DNA of 31,098 nucleotides from Okeania sp. (lineage in GTDB: Bacteria > Cyanobacteriota > Cyanobacteriia > Cyanobacteriales > Microcoleaceae): NCBI RefSeq assembly GCF_035285525.1, contig NZ_JAYKGW010000223.1, positions 1 to 31,098 on the forward strand. The letters are read 5' to 3'. The notes under the pieces were generated by a model. That model made no database searches, was not told the origin of the DNA, and saw only the letters and a list, made by a program, of their open reading frames with translations. Position numbers and translations under genes: made by a program. Positions 19,601-27,987 of the stretch are shown piece by piece (the stretch's first letter is position 1; each line of letters opens with the position of its first letter).

Positions 19601-20787
19601 AATTTTCCGTGACTTTTAGTAGCATGAGCTGCTAGAGCGGCTATCCTATTTTCTACATAATCATATTCAACAGAAAGATAGACTCGAATCAGACTTTCTC
19701 CATTAATAATATGTTCGGGAAGTTGACTTTTACCTGAATATTTTGGCAGTGCTTCTACTTCATAAGTATCTGGATAAGAATCTCCATTAGGAAGAGTACG
19801 TTTACGAGTTTTTGCTTTTAACTGAAGAAGCTCTAAATTCTCTGTAAAACTTGTATCTTTTTCAATTTCAGCAGCTTGATTTCCTTCTAAATTAAGTTCA
19901 GATAAATCATCAAGATTGTTGACACCTACCTTATGCAATACCCTGACAATTGATGAATCTCTTCCTAACAATTCTAAACGTTTTTTTCTAGCACTTTCAG
20001 CTAAACAATGAACGCTTAATGTACAGTCGCTACATTTTTGGTCTAGCTGATAATCTAGATCGGATAAGTCCATTTCAACTATCCGCTTTAACACGCCGTC
20101 AGGTGCTAAAAGACGATTAATATCGGCTTTGATTGTATCTAAATTTAAAGCTGAAGATTTGATAATATCCTGACTTTTATTAGTATTTTCATCAATCCGA
20201 ACCACAACACATTCTATATTTTCTGGTTTGAGTTTTATTCCACAGATATTGATTGATTTTTTTTCTATTAACTGATGTACTAATATCTGATATAAACTAA
20301 CCTGTACTTGATGATAAGTCCGGTCTTTTCGAGATGCTTTACCTTCAACTAATCGTAATTTTGGTTCATCATTTTCCCACAGCAAAACTACAAAGTCAAC
20401 TTGTCCAGAAATATTAAACTCTCCCAGACTACCTTCTATAGAAATTTCTCGTCCATAAGCTTTTTGTTTTTCTGGCAAATTTTTCAGCTTTTCAACAAAG
20501 TCATTCCATTCAGTTGGTTGATTTTCTTGTTCAAAGTTATGACTCATTTTAGTTAAGTCAAGAAAGCCATCTTTTTGCAGCAAAATTTCCCATTCATTCT
20601 CTCTTATTCGACCTTCCTCTTCCAAAACTGGATCTAAAGAAGTACCAAAAATTAAGTTATAGAAAGGAATATCTTTTTTAGCAAATTCATAATCGTTATA
20701 TTTTAACTTAAATCGGCGATCGCATGATTGATAACGAATATATTCAGCAATATCGGTAGCTCGAACTGATAGTTTTTTTGTTGACAT
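16606..20787 (-). CDS. Fusion protein: Cas4/RecB-type Fe-S PD-(D/E)xK nuclease + RNase-H-like (TM0106-family-like) module + beta-rich linker + SF1B Upf1/Dna2-like helicase
   Basis: Intact 1393-aa ORF. Nuclease motifs: GQVD131FVV, LVE148GK150, Q160VQVSLY166. Cys cluster: C22 ... C252xxC255x5C261. Helicase motifs: GPPGTGKT (aa 939-946, nt about 17950-17973), IVDEASMM, AGDHRQLTPI, GIITPHRAQ, EKFQGGERPNIIVS, NVAFSRVQERLIVV. Confidence 0.9.
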   Translation of the reverse strand: MSTKKLSVRATDIAEYIRYQSCDRRFKLKYNDYEFAKKDIPFYNLIFGTSLDPVLEEEGRIRENEWEILLQKDGFLDLTKMSHNFEQENQPTEWNDFVEKLKNLPEKQKAYGREISIEGSLGEFNISGQVDFVVLLWENDEPKLRLVEGKASRKDRTYHQVQVSLYQILVHQLIEKKSINICGIKLKPENIECVVVRIDENTNKSQDIIKSSALNLDTIKADINRLLAPDGVLKRIVEMDLSDLDYQLDQKCSDCTLSVHCLAESARKKRLELLGRDSSIVRVLHKVGVNNLDDLSELNLEGNQAAEIEKDTSFTENLELLQLKAKTRKRTLPNGDSYPDTYEVEALPKYSGKSQLPEHIINGESLIRVYLSVEYDYVENRIAALAAHATKSHGKLDPKFEKNEEGKWQPCPKIKEYIEVGKDDNNKTVYQEKELEGKDIIKFKTSAWTGEYKEDNGSEKELIQGFLLELVDTIAEVAETEEAPIHFYVWSRQEMTQLIEGCSRVSSQLLSHLRELLGCRESLEQLIYSCLYDEVDRRYALGWTGRDLVVVTSLKWFGRRYHWRRKINGKFVDLDRAFSQDIFDFKTNLEIESNNQWATSKSNTDNISKHPFEVRLRYFNSFSAAYWRAYWRKLPDPNDSNLKAELKKPIQNYNQAQKPNYLKEYFRARTHAIRWVEEGIRFKNPEIKKESLTIANLPDFNLGVDNAAQAGIDFLRLDQHVKVTDWIANNLVPPIYRISSGRTIPVRNIVANGNRLTAEINLDGYSITSELLQANCTIDKDSFVRLSPCAENPHQGQTINQLLRGGSTCIVNEINWDTKQIELSPIFSQSDRYKLFSNSYSNRNQEQIFLTATIDESPSDFIAGKVDEKLQNTQGNHVCRWLAPENPQIPPQIYPSENDLEKYQNFLNSLPLPNNKKLDDKQIEAIINGLKTRIQLLQGPPGTGKTETTAIATFLRILARSYPGDIVLITSHTHKAVDELLSRLDRLLPILNQHATNLNFNLSSIQVSRVDPKNNEDFQNTNINSFSSKPCFSDVNRMRKNAVLVIGGTTNAILKMVNELNQRKKFLKDYPQGFQTTILIVDEASMMVFPHFLALATLVKNDGEIMLAGDHRQLTPIITHDWENEDRPPVVSYQPYVSAYQAIQNLKSNPDIEIPNTAILCSALNFTFRLPPVIRELIARLYSKLDNIQLRGKEKDKNIEEKEIHGTWEKLLLGNRGLYLVLHSERKSIRNNQVEVEIIKKILDAGGKIPDSSVGIITPHRAQRTLLKTELVDYHGNAVDVIDTVEKFQGGERPNIIVSATASDQSAISKNVEFILNLNRSNVAFSRVQERLIVVCSKTLLDYIPAEFEHYEQTMLWKSLRSQCSELIFTETINEYKVEVFTPPLEEISKNFN

Positions 20788-20900
20788 TAACGTAATTTAT
20801 TATTTAATTGGATATTTTAATTTTCGGCTTAATGTAATAGGAAATTATAACTCAATCTATACCAAATTATTATTCTATGACTACAAATATTAACGTATAT

Positions 20901-21142
20901 TTAATTTTTCACATGATAAATCACAGAATTGTTTGCATAATTTCTCACAAAACCACGAGTCTGCATTATCTGTTCAAATAATTCCGTAGATAAACTATTT
21001 TCTACACACCAAACTCCCGGTTTATGTAATTTTCCAAACAAAATTAATTCGGCAATACTACCAGTAACAGTATAGCAGTAATAATAGATTTAAGCATATA
21101 TTGGTCTTTGCAAAAATCCTCTGGTATCACTAAAACCTTCAT
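20901..21142 (-). pseudogene. Frameshifted small ORF translationally coupled (ATGA) to the upstream ATPase gene
   Basis: The ATG at 21142-21140 overlaps the ATPase TGA (21141-21139). Frame 1 gives MKVLVIPEDFCKDQYMLKSIITAIL..., stopping after 32 aa. A second frame continues TVTGSIAELILFGKLHKPGVWCVENSLSTELFEQIMQTRGFVRNYANNSVIYHVKN*. The family is unknown. Confidence 0.35.
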
Positions 21143-22428
21143 TCATTCACCTCATTATCACTGATCAACTCCATCACATTTTCTAACCAAGCTGACTCGT
21201 GAAGATGAGCCAAATTTTGTTCATTGAGAATACGCGGTGCATCTGGAATATCTAAAACACGGATAATTTTGGCATCCGCTCGGTTTTCTAAACGATAGAT
21301 TAATGATACTGCTTCTAAAGTGCGATCGCTAACCAATCTCAGTAACTGTGAAGAATGAGTAGTGGCAATAATTTGGATTTTTCCTTGATCAGCTTGACTT
21401 TCAATAAGTTTAAGTAGAAGATGCAAACGGGTGGGGTGAATACCATGATCTAGTTCCTCAAAAAAGTAAAATTGAGCTGACTCCGAACCGAGTCAAGCTG
21501 CAATCATTGCGAGAAAACGTAGAGTGCCATCTGATGCACTATAAGCTGATATTTTTTGTCCGTTTTCTTCCACTAAGGTTAATAAAGTTTTGCGTGTAAA
21601 ATCAGTCGGAAACTCAAAATCTTTAGCATCCATGGGAGTAAGTTCCCGTATCCATTCCAGGAGTGTTTCTTTTTTTTGGGTATTTTGACAAATATCTAAC
21701 AGTACAGATGAAAGATTTTCACCGCGATCGCCCAAAACATTCTGTCCGGGAAAGGAGGGTAAACGCATCACTTCAGGGTTGATATCCAGAAACCTCATAT
21801 TGCTAAATGCTTGTAGGGTAACTTTTAATTTCCCTCTTAAGGAAGTTGCTGGTATATATCTTTCTCCTATAGAAACATCTGTAATTATTTGTGCCATTTG
21901 TGAAAGAATAGGTTGATGAAAAGTTAAAGGAATTAGGGGATTTTGGTAGGCTTGATTATAGACTTTAACAATTAAACTTTTTCTTTCTTTTTAAACCTGT
22001 AATTTAGCTTCAATTAAACTTTCTGATTCACCAGTAAGTGTCAATCTTTCTGTAATAATATTCGGTGGTTGATTATCGCTTCCTAAATTAACCTCAATCT
22101 GATAAATTGCTTCTTTTTCAGTTTTCTTTCCTTGAAAATAATCGGGGATAGAAAATGTCACTTCTAAAGCAAAATTATTACCCTGAAAACCAACTTCTTT
22201 TGTACCTCCCCTAATGCCACGCCACTGCAAAACACCACCTTCTACATATTTTTCCCCCATAATTTCGGCAAGGTTATAGCCACGAGAAATACCGTGTAAA
22301 AATCGTAAGGCATCTCGAATGTTACTTTTTCCAGAAGCGTTAGTGCCGATTAAAATAGTAAATGGCTCTAGAGATAGTTCGGCATTTTTGAAGTTTTTAA
22401 AGTTTTTTAGTCGTAGTTTTTTTAGCAT
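21139..22428 (-). pseudogene. AAA_15/AAA_21-type (ABC/OLD-like) ATPase interrupted by two in-frame stop codons
   Basis: The three tracked ORFs (21991-22428, 21493-21897, 21139-21426) share one frame. Walker A is GTNASGKS. The signature-like motif is SDGTLRFLAMIAA. The Walker B/D-loop is FYFFEELDHGIHP, read across the gap, followed by IIATTHS. The only interruptions are TAA at 21991-21993 and TGA at 21493-21495. Confidence 0.8.
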
Positions 22429-22595
22429 AATATTGATCGGCTTTTCTCCTGTTTTTTTTCCTCTACTCTTTTGACATTATCAAAATTTTTGCTATAATAA
22501 AAATATTCAAACTTTACGGTCTAGTTTAAACAATAATTTGGTAGTTATGAGTATAATTTATCTATACCATATTGGCCAGCAAAATTTTCTTATCA

Positions 22596-22829
22596 ATGGA
22601 GAAGTTATGTATGTTTAAAAACTCTTCAATAATTAGTATATCTCCTGAAGTTATGGGAGGAACCCCAGTTTTTGGTGGTACAAGAGTGCCAGTAGAAACA
22701 CTTTTTGACTATTTAAAAGCAGGAGAAACTATTGATAATTTTCTTGATGGGTTTCCTAGCGTTACTAAAGAACAAGTAATTGGATTCTTAGAAGAAATAG
22801 AAAAGCAAATTATTCGTGTAGTGGCATAG
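22596..22829 (+). CDS. DUF433-family protein (antitoxin-like partner of a DUF5615/PIN-like toxin)
   Basis: ISPEVMGGTPVFGGTRVPVETLFDYLKAGETIDNFLDGFPSVTKEQV matches the DUF433 pattern. The start is uncertain: TTG 22572, ATG 22596 or ATG 22611. Confidence 0.8.
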   Translation: MEKLCMFKNSSIISISPEVMGGTPVFGGTRVPVETLFDYLKAGETIDNFLDGFPSVTKEQVIGFLEEIEKQIIRVVA

Positions 22830-22830
22830 A

Positions 22831-23151
22831 ATGAAGATTATTTTAGATGAATGTATAGATCGTAGGTTAGCAAGAGAATTTGTTGACTATGAAGTAAAAA
22901 CTGTGTCTCAGATGGGGTGGACAGGAACAAAAAATGGTCAACTTCTTGCTCTTGCAGAAACACAATTTGATGTTTTTATTACAGTTGACCGCAACTTATA
23001 ATTTCAATTGAATTTACCACAGTTTAATATTGCAGTGATTGTTTTACAAGCACCTTCAAATCGTTTAGTAGATTTGAAAATTTTAGTACCAAAAGTTATA
23101 GATGTTCTAGACATAATCTCTAAAAAAGAGGTTAGGGTTATTAGTTTATAG
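22831..23151 (+). pseudogene. DUF5615 (Mut7-C/PIN-like) toxin-like gene with an in-frame TAA
   Basis: It starts 1 nt after the DUF433 stop. The translation is MKIILDECIDRRLAREF...FDVFITVDRNL*FQLNLPQFNIAVIVLQAPSNRL..., with TAA at 22999-23001. The frame is otherwise intact through to TAG at 23149-23151. Confidence 0.75.
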
Positions 23152-23155
23152 AAGT

Positions 23156-23398
23156 TCAAGAATAAACTAATGTAGTAGCGCATCTACCTTTAAAATGTGG
23201 GTAAGTTTGAGTCCCCATAAAAACCTCTCCCCCAACCCTTCTCCTGCAAGGAGAGGGGAGAATCTTTCCCCCTTCCCTTGCAGGGAAGGGGGTTAGGGGG
23301 TTAGGTTTGACCCCTTTGGCAATATTGAAACTAGCAAAATAATCTATAATTTCGTTTAAATCTTTACTAGCAGAGGAAGTAATAATATAACGATTCAT
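23156..23398 (-). pseudogene. parE: ParE/RelE-family toxin gene disrupted by a hairpin-repeat insertion and 3'-truncated
   Basis: The N-terminus MNRYIITSSASKDLNEIIDYFASFNIAKG is ParE-like. It then reads through repeat DNA (VKPNPLTPFPAREGGKILPSPCRRRVGGE). A short FPxxGR-like remnant (TYPHFKGR) follows before the stop. Confidence 0.65.
23215..23325. repeat. Double-hairpin dispersed repeat inserted in parE
   Basis: cctctccc...tctcctgcaaggagaggggag and ccccttcccttgcagggaagggg are palindromes. This is typical cyanobacterial intergenic repeat DNA. Confidence 0.7.
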
Positions 23399-23400
23399 AA

Positions 23401-23661
23401 TTATTTTTGACGATATTGACGTAACTTTTCTTTCAACTGATTAACCACAATTTCTCCATCTATTACTTCACCTCGCTCGATTTCTTCAATAGCTATATCT
23501 ACTTTTTTTTGAGTTTCTTCTACCCATGTTTGATAGATTCTATCCTCTTCTTCTAATAATCTAAAAGCTTTGACAATTACTTCATTGGCATTTTGATATC
23601 TGCCAGTTTTTAGTTTTTCTTGGATGAACTCAGTTTGTTCTGAATTTAAAGTAATATTCAT
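23401..23661 (-). CDS. parD: ParD/CopG-type antitoxin
   Basis: 86 aa: MNITLNSEQTEFIQEKLKTGRYQNANEVIVKAFRLLEE. This is the ParD-family ribbon-helix-helix pattern. It lies 2 nt upstream of the parE remnant. Confidence 0.85.
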   Translation of the reverse strand: MNITLNSEQTEFIQEKLKTGRYQNANEVIVKAFRLLEEEDRIYQTWVEETQKKVDIAIEEIERGEVIDGEIVVNQLKEKLRQYRQK

Positions 23662-23963
23662 TGTTAATTTTGATAATTAAAGTTCCAGTTTTACACAGTA
23701 TTTTTCTAAAAAATATGCTTATATTTTGAGATTTTGGTTTTATTAAGAGATTAGCTCATAAAAATTTAGAATCATTAATCAGTATGCACTATTCCCCGCG
23801 AAAAGTCAGGGAATGTTTTTTTTATTGAGAAGTTTGTACTGTCGATTTAGCAATATCTTTGGTTTGTTTGCGTAAGTTCTAACTAAATCGACTTTAGAAG
23901 GGAATCTCCCCCGCTGCGGTTTCAAAGGGGGGAGAATGATAACTGTTGAACCGGATTCTCTAT

Positions 23964-24061
23964 TAGATATCTCTAAAAACAAAAATTAAAATCAATTCTG
24001 CCATACGAAATTATCAACTATTCTTCCCAGTTAAGTGTTCCCTCTTTTCTGGAGGTGTCTA
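23964..24061. mobile_element. Second copy (inverted) of the TAGACATCTC-TIR MITE-like element
   Basis: Left end tagatatctctaaaaa, right end ttctggaggtgtcta. The interior is the reverse complement of the 9338-9448 interior (gggaagaatagttgataat versus gggaaagaatagatgattt). Confidence 0.7.
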
Positions 24062-24100
24062 TTGCTTATATTGCAAGCAAAAAGCTTGCAATACAACAAT

Positions 24101-25399
24101 CTAATTTTTAACTTCAGAATTATTATTTTTGACTTCTGACTTCTTAGGTCGGCCTTCAGTATCATCCTTTCCTGCTGTCAGACTTTCCAAAGTAGCAGCA
24201 ACATCAATACCAGCAGTTTGCTTCAACTCCTCAAAGAAAGCAGCCATTTTTGTGGCATTGCTCCCACCTTGAGCATTAATCACAGTTACATTATCCACCT
24301 CAATTTCTGGTACTGTAGACACAATAATCTGCAACAACTCTTCCAACTTCTGATACAGAAAAACTTCCCGCGCATTTGCACCAGCAGCTTTCCAAGATTC
24401 TGCCAATTTACGAATCCCCTCAGCTTGTGCTTTTCCTGGTTCCACAATAGCAGCAGCATCACCCTTGGCACGAGCGACCAAACGCTTACATTCGGCTTCC
24501 GCAGGAGCAACTACATCTGCTTGTAACTGTTGTTCCACCTGTTTAATTCGTTCCTGTTGTACTGCAACTTCAGCTTGAGTCCGGGCTACTTGCGATCCAA
24601 TTTCTGCTTCAGCTTCAGCGACTACAGCTTGCCGTTTCGTTTTCGCATCTTTAATCCGCCTTTCGGCATCTGCACGAGCCATAGCAATGTCAGTTTCAAT
24701 CTGTTTAAGAGAAGTATTTTTATAGTTTTCGGCATCCCGCATAACTGATTCTGCCTGAGTTTGAGCTTCAGCAATCCGAGAATCTCGTAATAGTTCTGCT
24801 TGTTGCCTACGACCGATCGAATTAAGATATCCTACGTCATCGGAAATATTTTGAATTTGCAGGGTATCTAATATCAAACCTAATTTTTCCAAGTCGTCTT
24901 CTGCTTCTTCTAGTAAGTTTTTCGCGAATGCAATTTTATCTTCGTTCACTTGTTCCGGTGTCAGAGATGCTAACACACCACGCAAATTTCCTTCTAGAGT
25001 TTCCTGAGCTAACTTTTCAATTTCCTGGCGACTTTTTCCTAGCAAACGTTCAATGGCATTATGAATAGTAGGTTCCTCACCAGCAACTTTGATATTGGCT
25101 ACACTTTCGACAGTCAGAGGAATACCACCTTTAGAATAAGAATTAGTAACCTTGAGTTCAATAATCATATTACTCAAGTCCATGCGAAAAGCTTGTTCTA
25201 AGAGAGGCACGCGAATACTGCTACCACCTTTAACCAGACGATATCCAACTTTTTTGTCAGTATTACCAACCCGGTGACGACCACCAGCAAAAATTAAGAC
25301 TTCACTGGGTTGACAAATGTAATAAAGGTTGCGAATTACAAAAACACCCGCACCAGTTCCGAGGCCGAAAACTCCTAGTAATGCTAATATTATTTCCAT
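24101..25399 (-). CDS. Flotillin-family SPFH/Band 7 protein
   Basis: 432 aa with an N-terminal TM helix. SPFH core: LEGNLRGVLASLTPEQVNEDK...DDVGYLNSIGRRQQAE. A long Ala/Glu/Gln coiled-coil follows. Confidence 0.9.
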   Translation of the reverse strand: MEIILALLGVFGLGTGAGVFVIRNLYYICQPSEVLIFAGGRHRVGNTDKKVGYRLVKGGSSIRVPLLEQAFRMDLSNMIIELKVTNSYSKGGIPLTVESVANIKVAGEEPTIHNAIERLLGKSRQEIEKLAQETLEGNLRGVLASLTPEQVNEDKIAFAKNLLEEAEDDLEKLGLILDTLQIQNISDDVGYLNSIGRRQQAELLRDSRIAEAQTQAESVMRDAENYKNTSLKQIETDIAMARADAERRIKDAKTKRQAVVAEAEAEIGSQVARTQAEVAVQQERIKQVEQQLQADVVAPAEAECKRLVARAKGDAAAIVEPGKAQAEGIRKLAESWKAAGANAREVFLYQKLEELLQIIVSTVPEIEVDNVTVINAQGGSNATKMAAFFEELKQTAGIDVAATLESLTAGKDDTEGRPKKSEVKNNNSEVKN

Positions 25400-25589
25400 G
25401 ATTTTTTTACTCCTGAATTAATTGATAGAATAGTTAATAGGCAGTAGGCAGTAGGCAATATGGATGGAGGATTAAGATAACAAAAGGAATATCTGACACG
25501 GGAGCAAGATGCTCCCACTGCTGTACTTCATAATCTATGATTATGTCAAGCTGTTAATTACCCTCTTGCTCTACCTGATCTCGATCGGG

Positions 25590-25800
25590 ACTTACGCCAA
25601 GGCACTATATAGAGTCTTGGTGCGTTACGCTGCCGCTAACACACCCTACTGCATTGTTTCAGCTAAAATAGTGCATGATTATTTGTCATTGCGAACGATA
25701 GTGTTTGCGTAGCATTCCGGACCGAAAGCAATCTCAGACCAATTTCCTATTGCACCATTTAAGATGAAACAGTCCACTACCAATAGCGTTCATGCCTAAG
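25590..25800. repeat. MITE-like repeat (GGGACTTACGCCAAGG ... GCGTTCATGCCTAAGTTCT) between the two flotillin genes
   Basis: The ends and the internal gtgcgttacgc segment match the 9470-9624 family. A GGGAGCAAGATGCTCCC hairpin lies just upstream at 25501-25517. Confidence 0.65.
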
Positions 25801-25806
25801 TTCTAT

Positions 25807-27192
25807 TTATTTTTCAGCTTCGAGAGATTCAACTTTTTTGCGACCATTACTGCTGAAATTCCCTGTTATATCAACCCCAAGGGTTTGATTAACATTTTTG
25901 AGGAACTGGCGGAAGATTTCGGGATACGCATTGATCAAGCTAGCGATCGATTTACCATCCCCAGTATCAATAACGTTAACATTTTCCAGCTTAACTTGTC
26001 CTGGAACTTTCGCCGACTCCCGTAAAATCATGCTAATTTGCTGTAGATAGAATAACTCAGCAGCATCTTTACCAGTTTCCTGCCAAACTAAGGAAAGCAT
26101 ATCGTTAACTAAAGCTTCAGCATGAGCATTTTCTGATAATGAAGAAGCATTTCCTCTTGCTAACAGTTCTTTGGCTTGCCGTTGCGCATCTGCTGGTAAT
26201 ACTTCATCTGCTTCCAGACGCAATCTTTCTAATTCTGCACGAACTGTTTGCAATAATTGTTCTGCTCTCGCTCTAGCTTCTTTCCCCGCAGCAATAGTTC
26301 GTTCTTCTTCTGAACGCGCTTGCTGTTCCAGTTCAGCTTTGATTTTCCGCAGTTCGTTTTCTTTCTCAACTATTAATGTTGCTGCTTGAGTTTTGGCAAT
26401 TTCTGACTCTCGTTTAGATTCTGCTTCTACTTGTTCTGCTTCTGCTTTCGCATTAGATTCAGCAATTTCAGCATCTCGACGAATCATAGCAATTTGTTTG
26501 CGTCCGATGGAGTTGAGATAGTCTACGTCATCAGAAACACTTTGAATTTTGAGGATATCTAGTTGTAAACCCAGTTTGGCTAAATCACGACTCACATCTT
26601 CAGCAATGCGTTCGGCAAATTGAAGACGATCTTCATTCAGTTGTTCTGGGGTGAGAGTAGCGACAACTCCCCGGAGGTTTCCTTCTAAAGTTTCTCTGGC
26701 CACACGGGTAATTTCTGAGCGATCGCGATCCAGAAATCTTTCTATGGCATTACCTACTACTTTGGGGTCGTTAGAAACTTTAACATTAGCGATCGCTTGA
26801 ATATTTAGGGGAGTACCTCCTTTAGAATAAGCGTTACGAACTTCTACAGGAACTGGCATTGTCCGCAAGTCCATAGTTTTAGTTGTTTCCAGAATCGGAA
26901 TCGGAATTGCTCTACCACCAAAAATTACCCGATAACCAACTGTTTCCCCCTCTTTTGTTCGTCGTTTCCGACCAGATAAAATAAGAATTTCATTGGGTTT
27001 ACATATTTGGATGAAGGTATTGATAAACCAGATGAATATTAATACTCCAAATATGGATAGAGCGATTGGTAAACCAGAAGAAATTTCTGTAGTTAAGTTA
27101 TTAGGTTGATTAGTTTCTAAATCTCTAGAAAGTTGTGCAATTTCTACTGTAGTTATTTCGGTTTTTTCTGGCTCAAAAAATTGACTTTTCAT
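25807..27192 (-). CDS. Flotillin-family SPFH/Band 7 protein (paralogue)
   Basis: 461 aa with a TM helix (PIALSIFGVLIFIWFINTF). SPFH core: LEGNLRGVVATLTPEQLNEDR...DDVDYLNSIGRKQIA. A coiled-coil tail follows. Confidence 0.9.
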   Translation of the reverse strand: MKSQFFEPEKTEITTVEIAQLSRDLETNQPNNLTTEISSGLPIALSIFGVLIFIWFINTFIQICKPNEILILSGRKRRTKEGETVGYRVIFGGRAIPIPILETTKTMDLRTMPVPVEVRNAYSKGGTPLNIQAIANVKVSNDPKVVGNAIERFLDRDRSEITRVARETLEGNLRGVVATLTPEQLNEDRLQFAERIAEDVSRDLAKLGLQLDILKIQSVSDDVDYLNSIGRKQIAMIRRDAEIAESNAKAEAEQVEAESKRESEIAKTQAATLIVEKENELRKIKAELEQQARSEEERTIAAGKEARARAEQLLQTVRAELERLRLEADEVLPADAQRQAKELLARGNASSLSENAHAEALVNDMLSLVWQETGKDAAELFYLQQISMILRESAKVPGQVKLENVNVIDTGDGKSIASLINAYPEIFRQFLKNVNQTLGVDITGNFSSNGRKKVESLEAEK

Positions 27193-27437
27193 TAGCTAAA
27201 TTTCCTGATTACAAAGTGTGAAGTTAATAGAAAACTAGGGAATAGGTATGGAGGGAACAGGGAACAGTTAGGAAAAAAATTTCTAGTCTAAAATTTATCA
27301 AAATAATAGGGTTTCAAACTCCTCATTTATCGGCGAAATGTTTTTGGAGCAGGGCTTAATCCCCCTTGACAAAAACAACTTCTGACTTCTGACTTCGTTA
27401 ATATTAGTCTATGCCTTAACCAATTCTTTCTTAGCAT

Positions 27438-27782
27438 TTATTGCTCAACATTATGAAAAAATAAGGGGGAAACTACCCACACCTGATTATTTTCTGTGCC
27501 GACAATAAATACTTTTTCTCCTTTAGTAAATTCTCTAGATTCTTCTGTACGAGCAATTAGTTCCAGACTATAACCCTTAATATATAGACGTATTTTACCA
27601 CGACTATGAGTATCAAAAGGAATTTCTACAGTGCAAGGTAAACCCAAAAAATCTTGAGAATTAACTAGACTATTTATAACTTGTCGTTGACGAAAAATTG
27701 ACAACAATAAAACTATAAATATTCCAGCAAATATACCAATTCCTACTGAAATATAGGCTAGCATTAAAATTTGATTTTTCAT
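27438..27782 (-). CDS. Short NfeD-like protein (one TM helix + C-terminal OB-fold-like domain)
   Basis: 114 aa. The C-terminus GLPCTVEIPFDTHSRGKIRLYIKGYSLELIARTEESREFTKGEKVFIVGTENNQVWVVS parallels the C-terminus of the 202-aa neighbour. Genomic pairing with SPFH genes is typical of NfeD. Confidence 0.75.
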   Translation of the reverse strand: MKNQILMLAYISVGIGIFAGIFIVLLLSIFRQRQVINSLVNSQDFLGLPCTVEIPFDTHSRGKIRLYIKGYSLELIARTEESREFTKGEKVFIVGTENNQVWVVSPLFFHNVEQ

Positions 27783-27987
27783 CCTCTATACCTAAATCAT
27801 TTCAGTTATGAGTTATTATCAGTAGAGAGTGAACCTCAGACTAAAGTCTGAGGCTTGAAATACTGAATCAAATATTTTCTCTTAGTCGATTGCATATGGC
27901 GAGGAAACCTTGCCATCCCTCAACCGCTTTTCATACCCTTAAAAGGGGAGGCTTTAGACCTCGTTTTTTGGTAAAAAATCTATAACA

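Noticed and set aside
24218-26389. ORFs antisense to or nested in the flotillin genes (24218-24526, 24286-24510, 24530-24748, 25792-26025, 26171-26389), and ORF 25509-25712
   Set aside because: The Ala/Glu/Gln-rich coiled-coil coding sequence generates long open antisense frames. The 25509-25712 ORF lies in MITE/hairpin repeat DNA between the paralogues.
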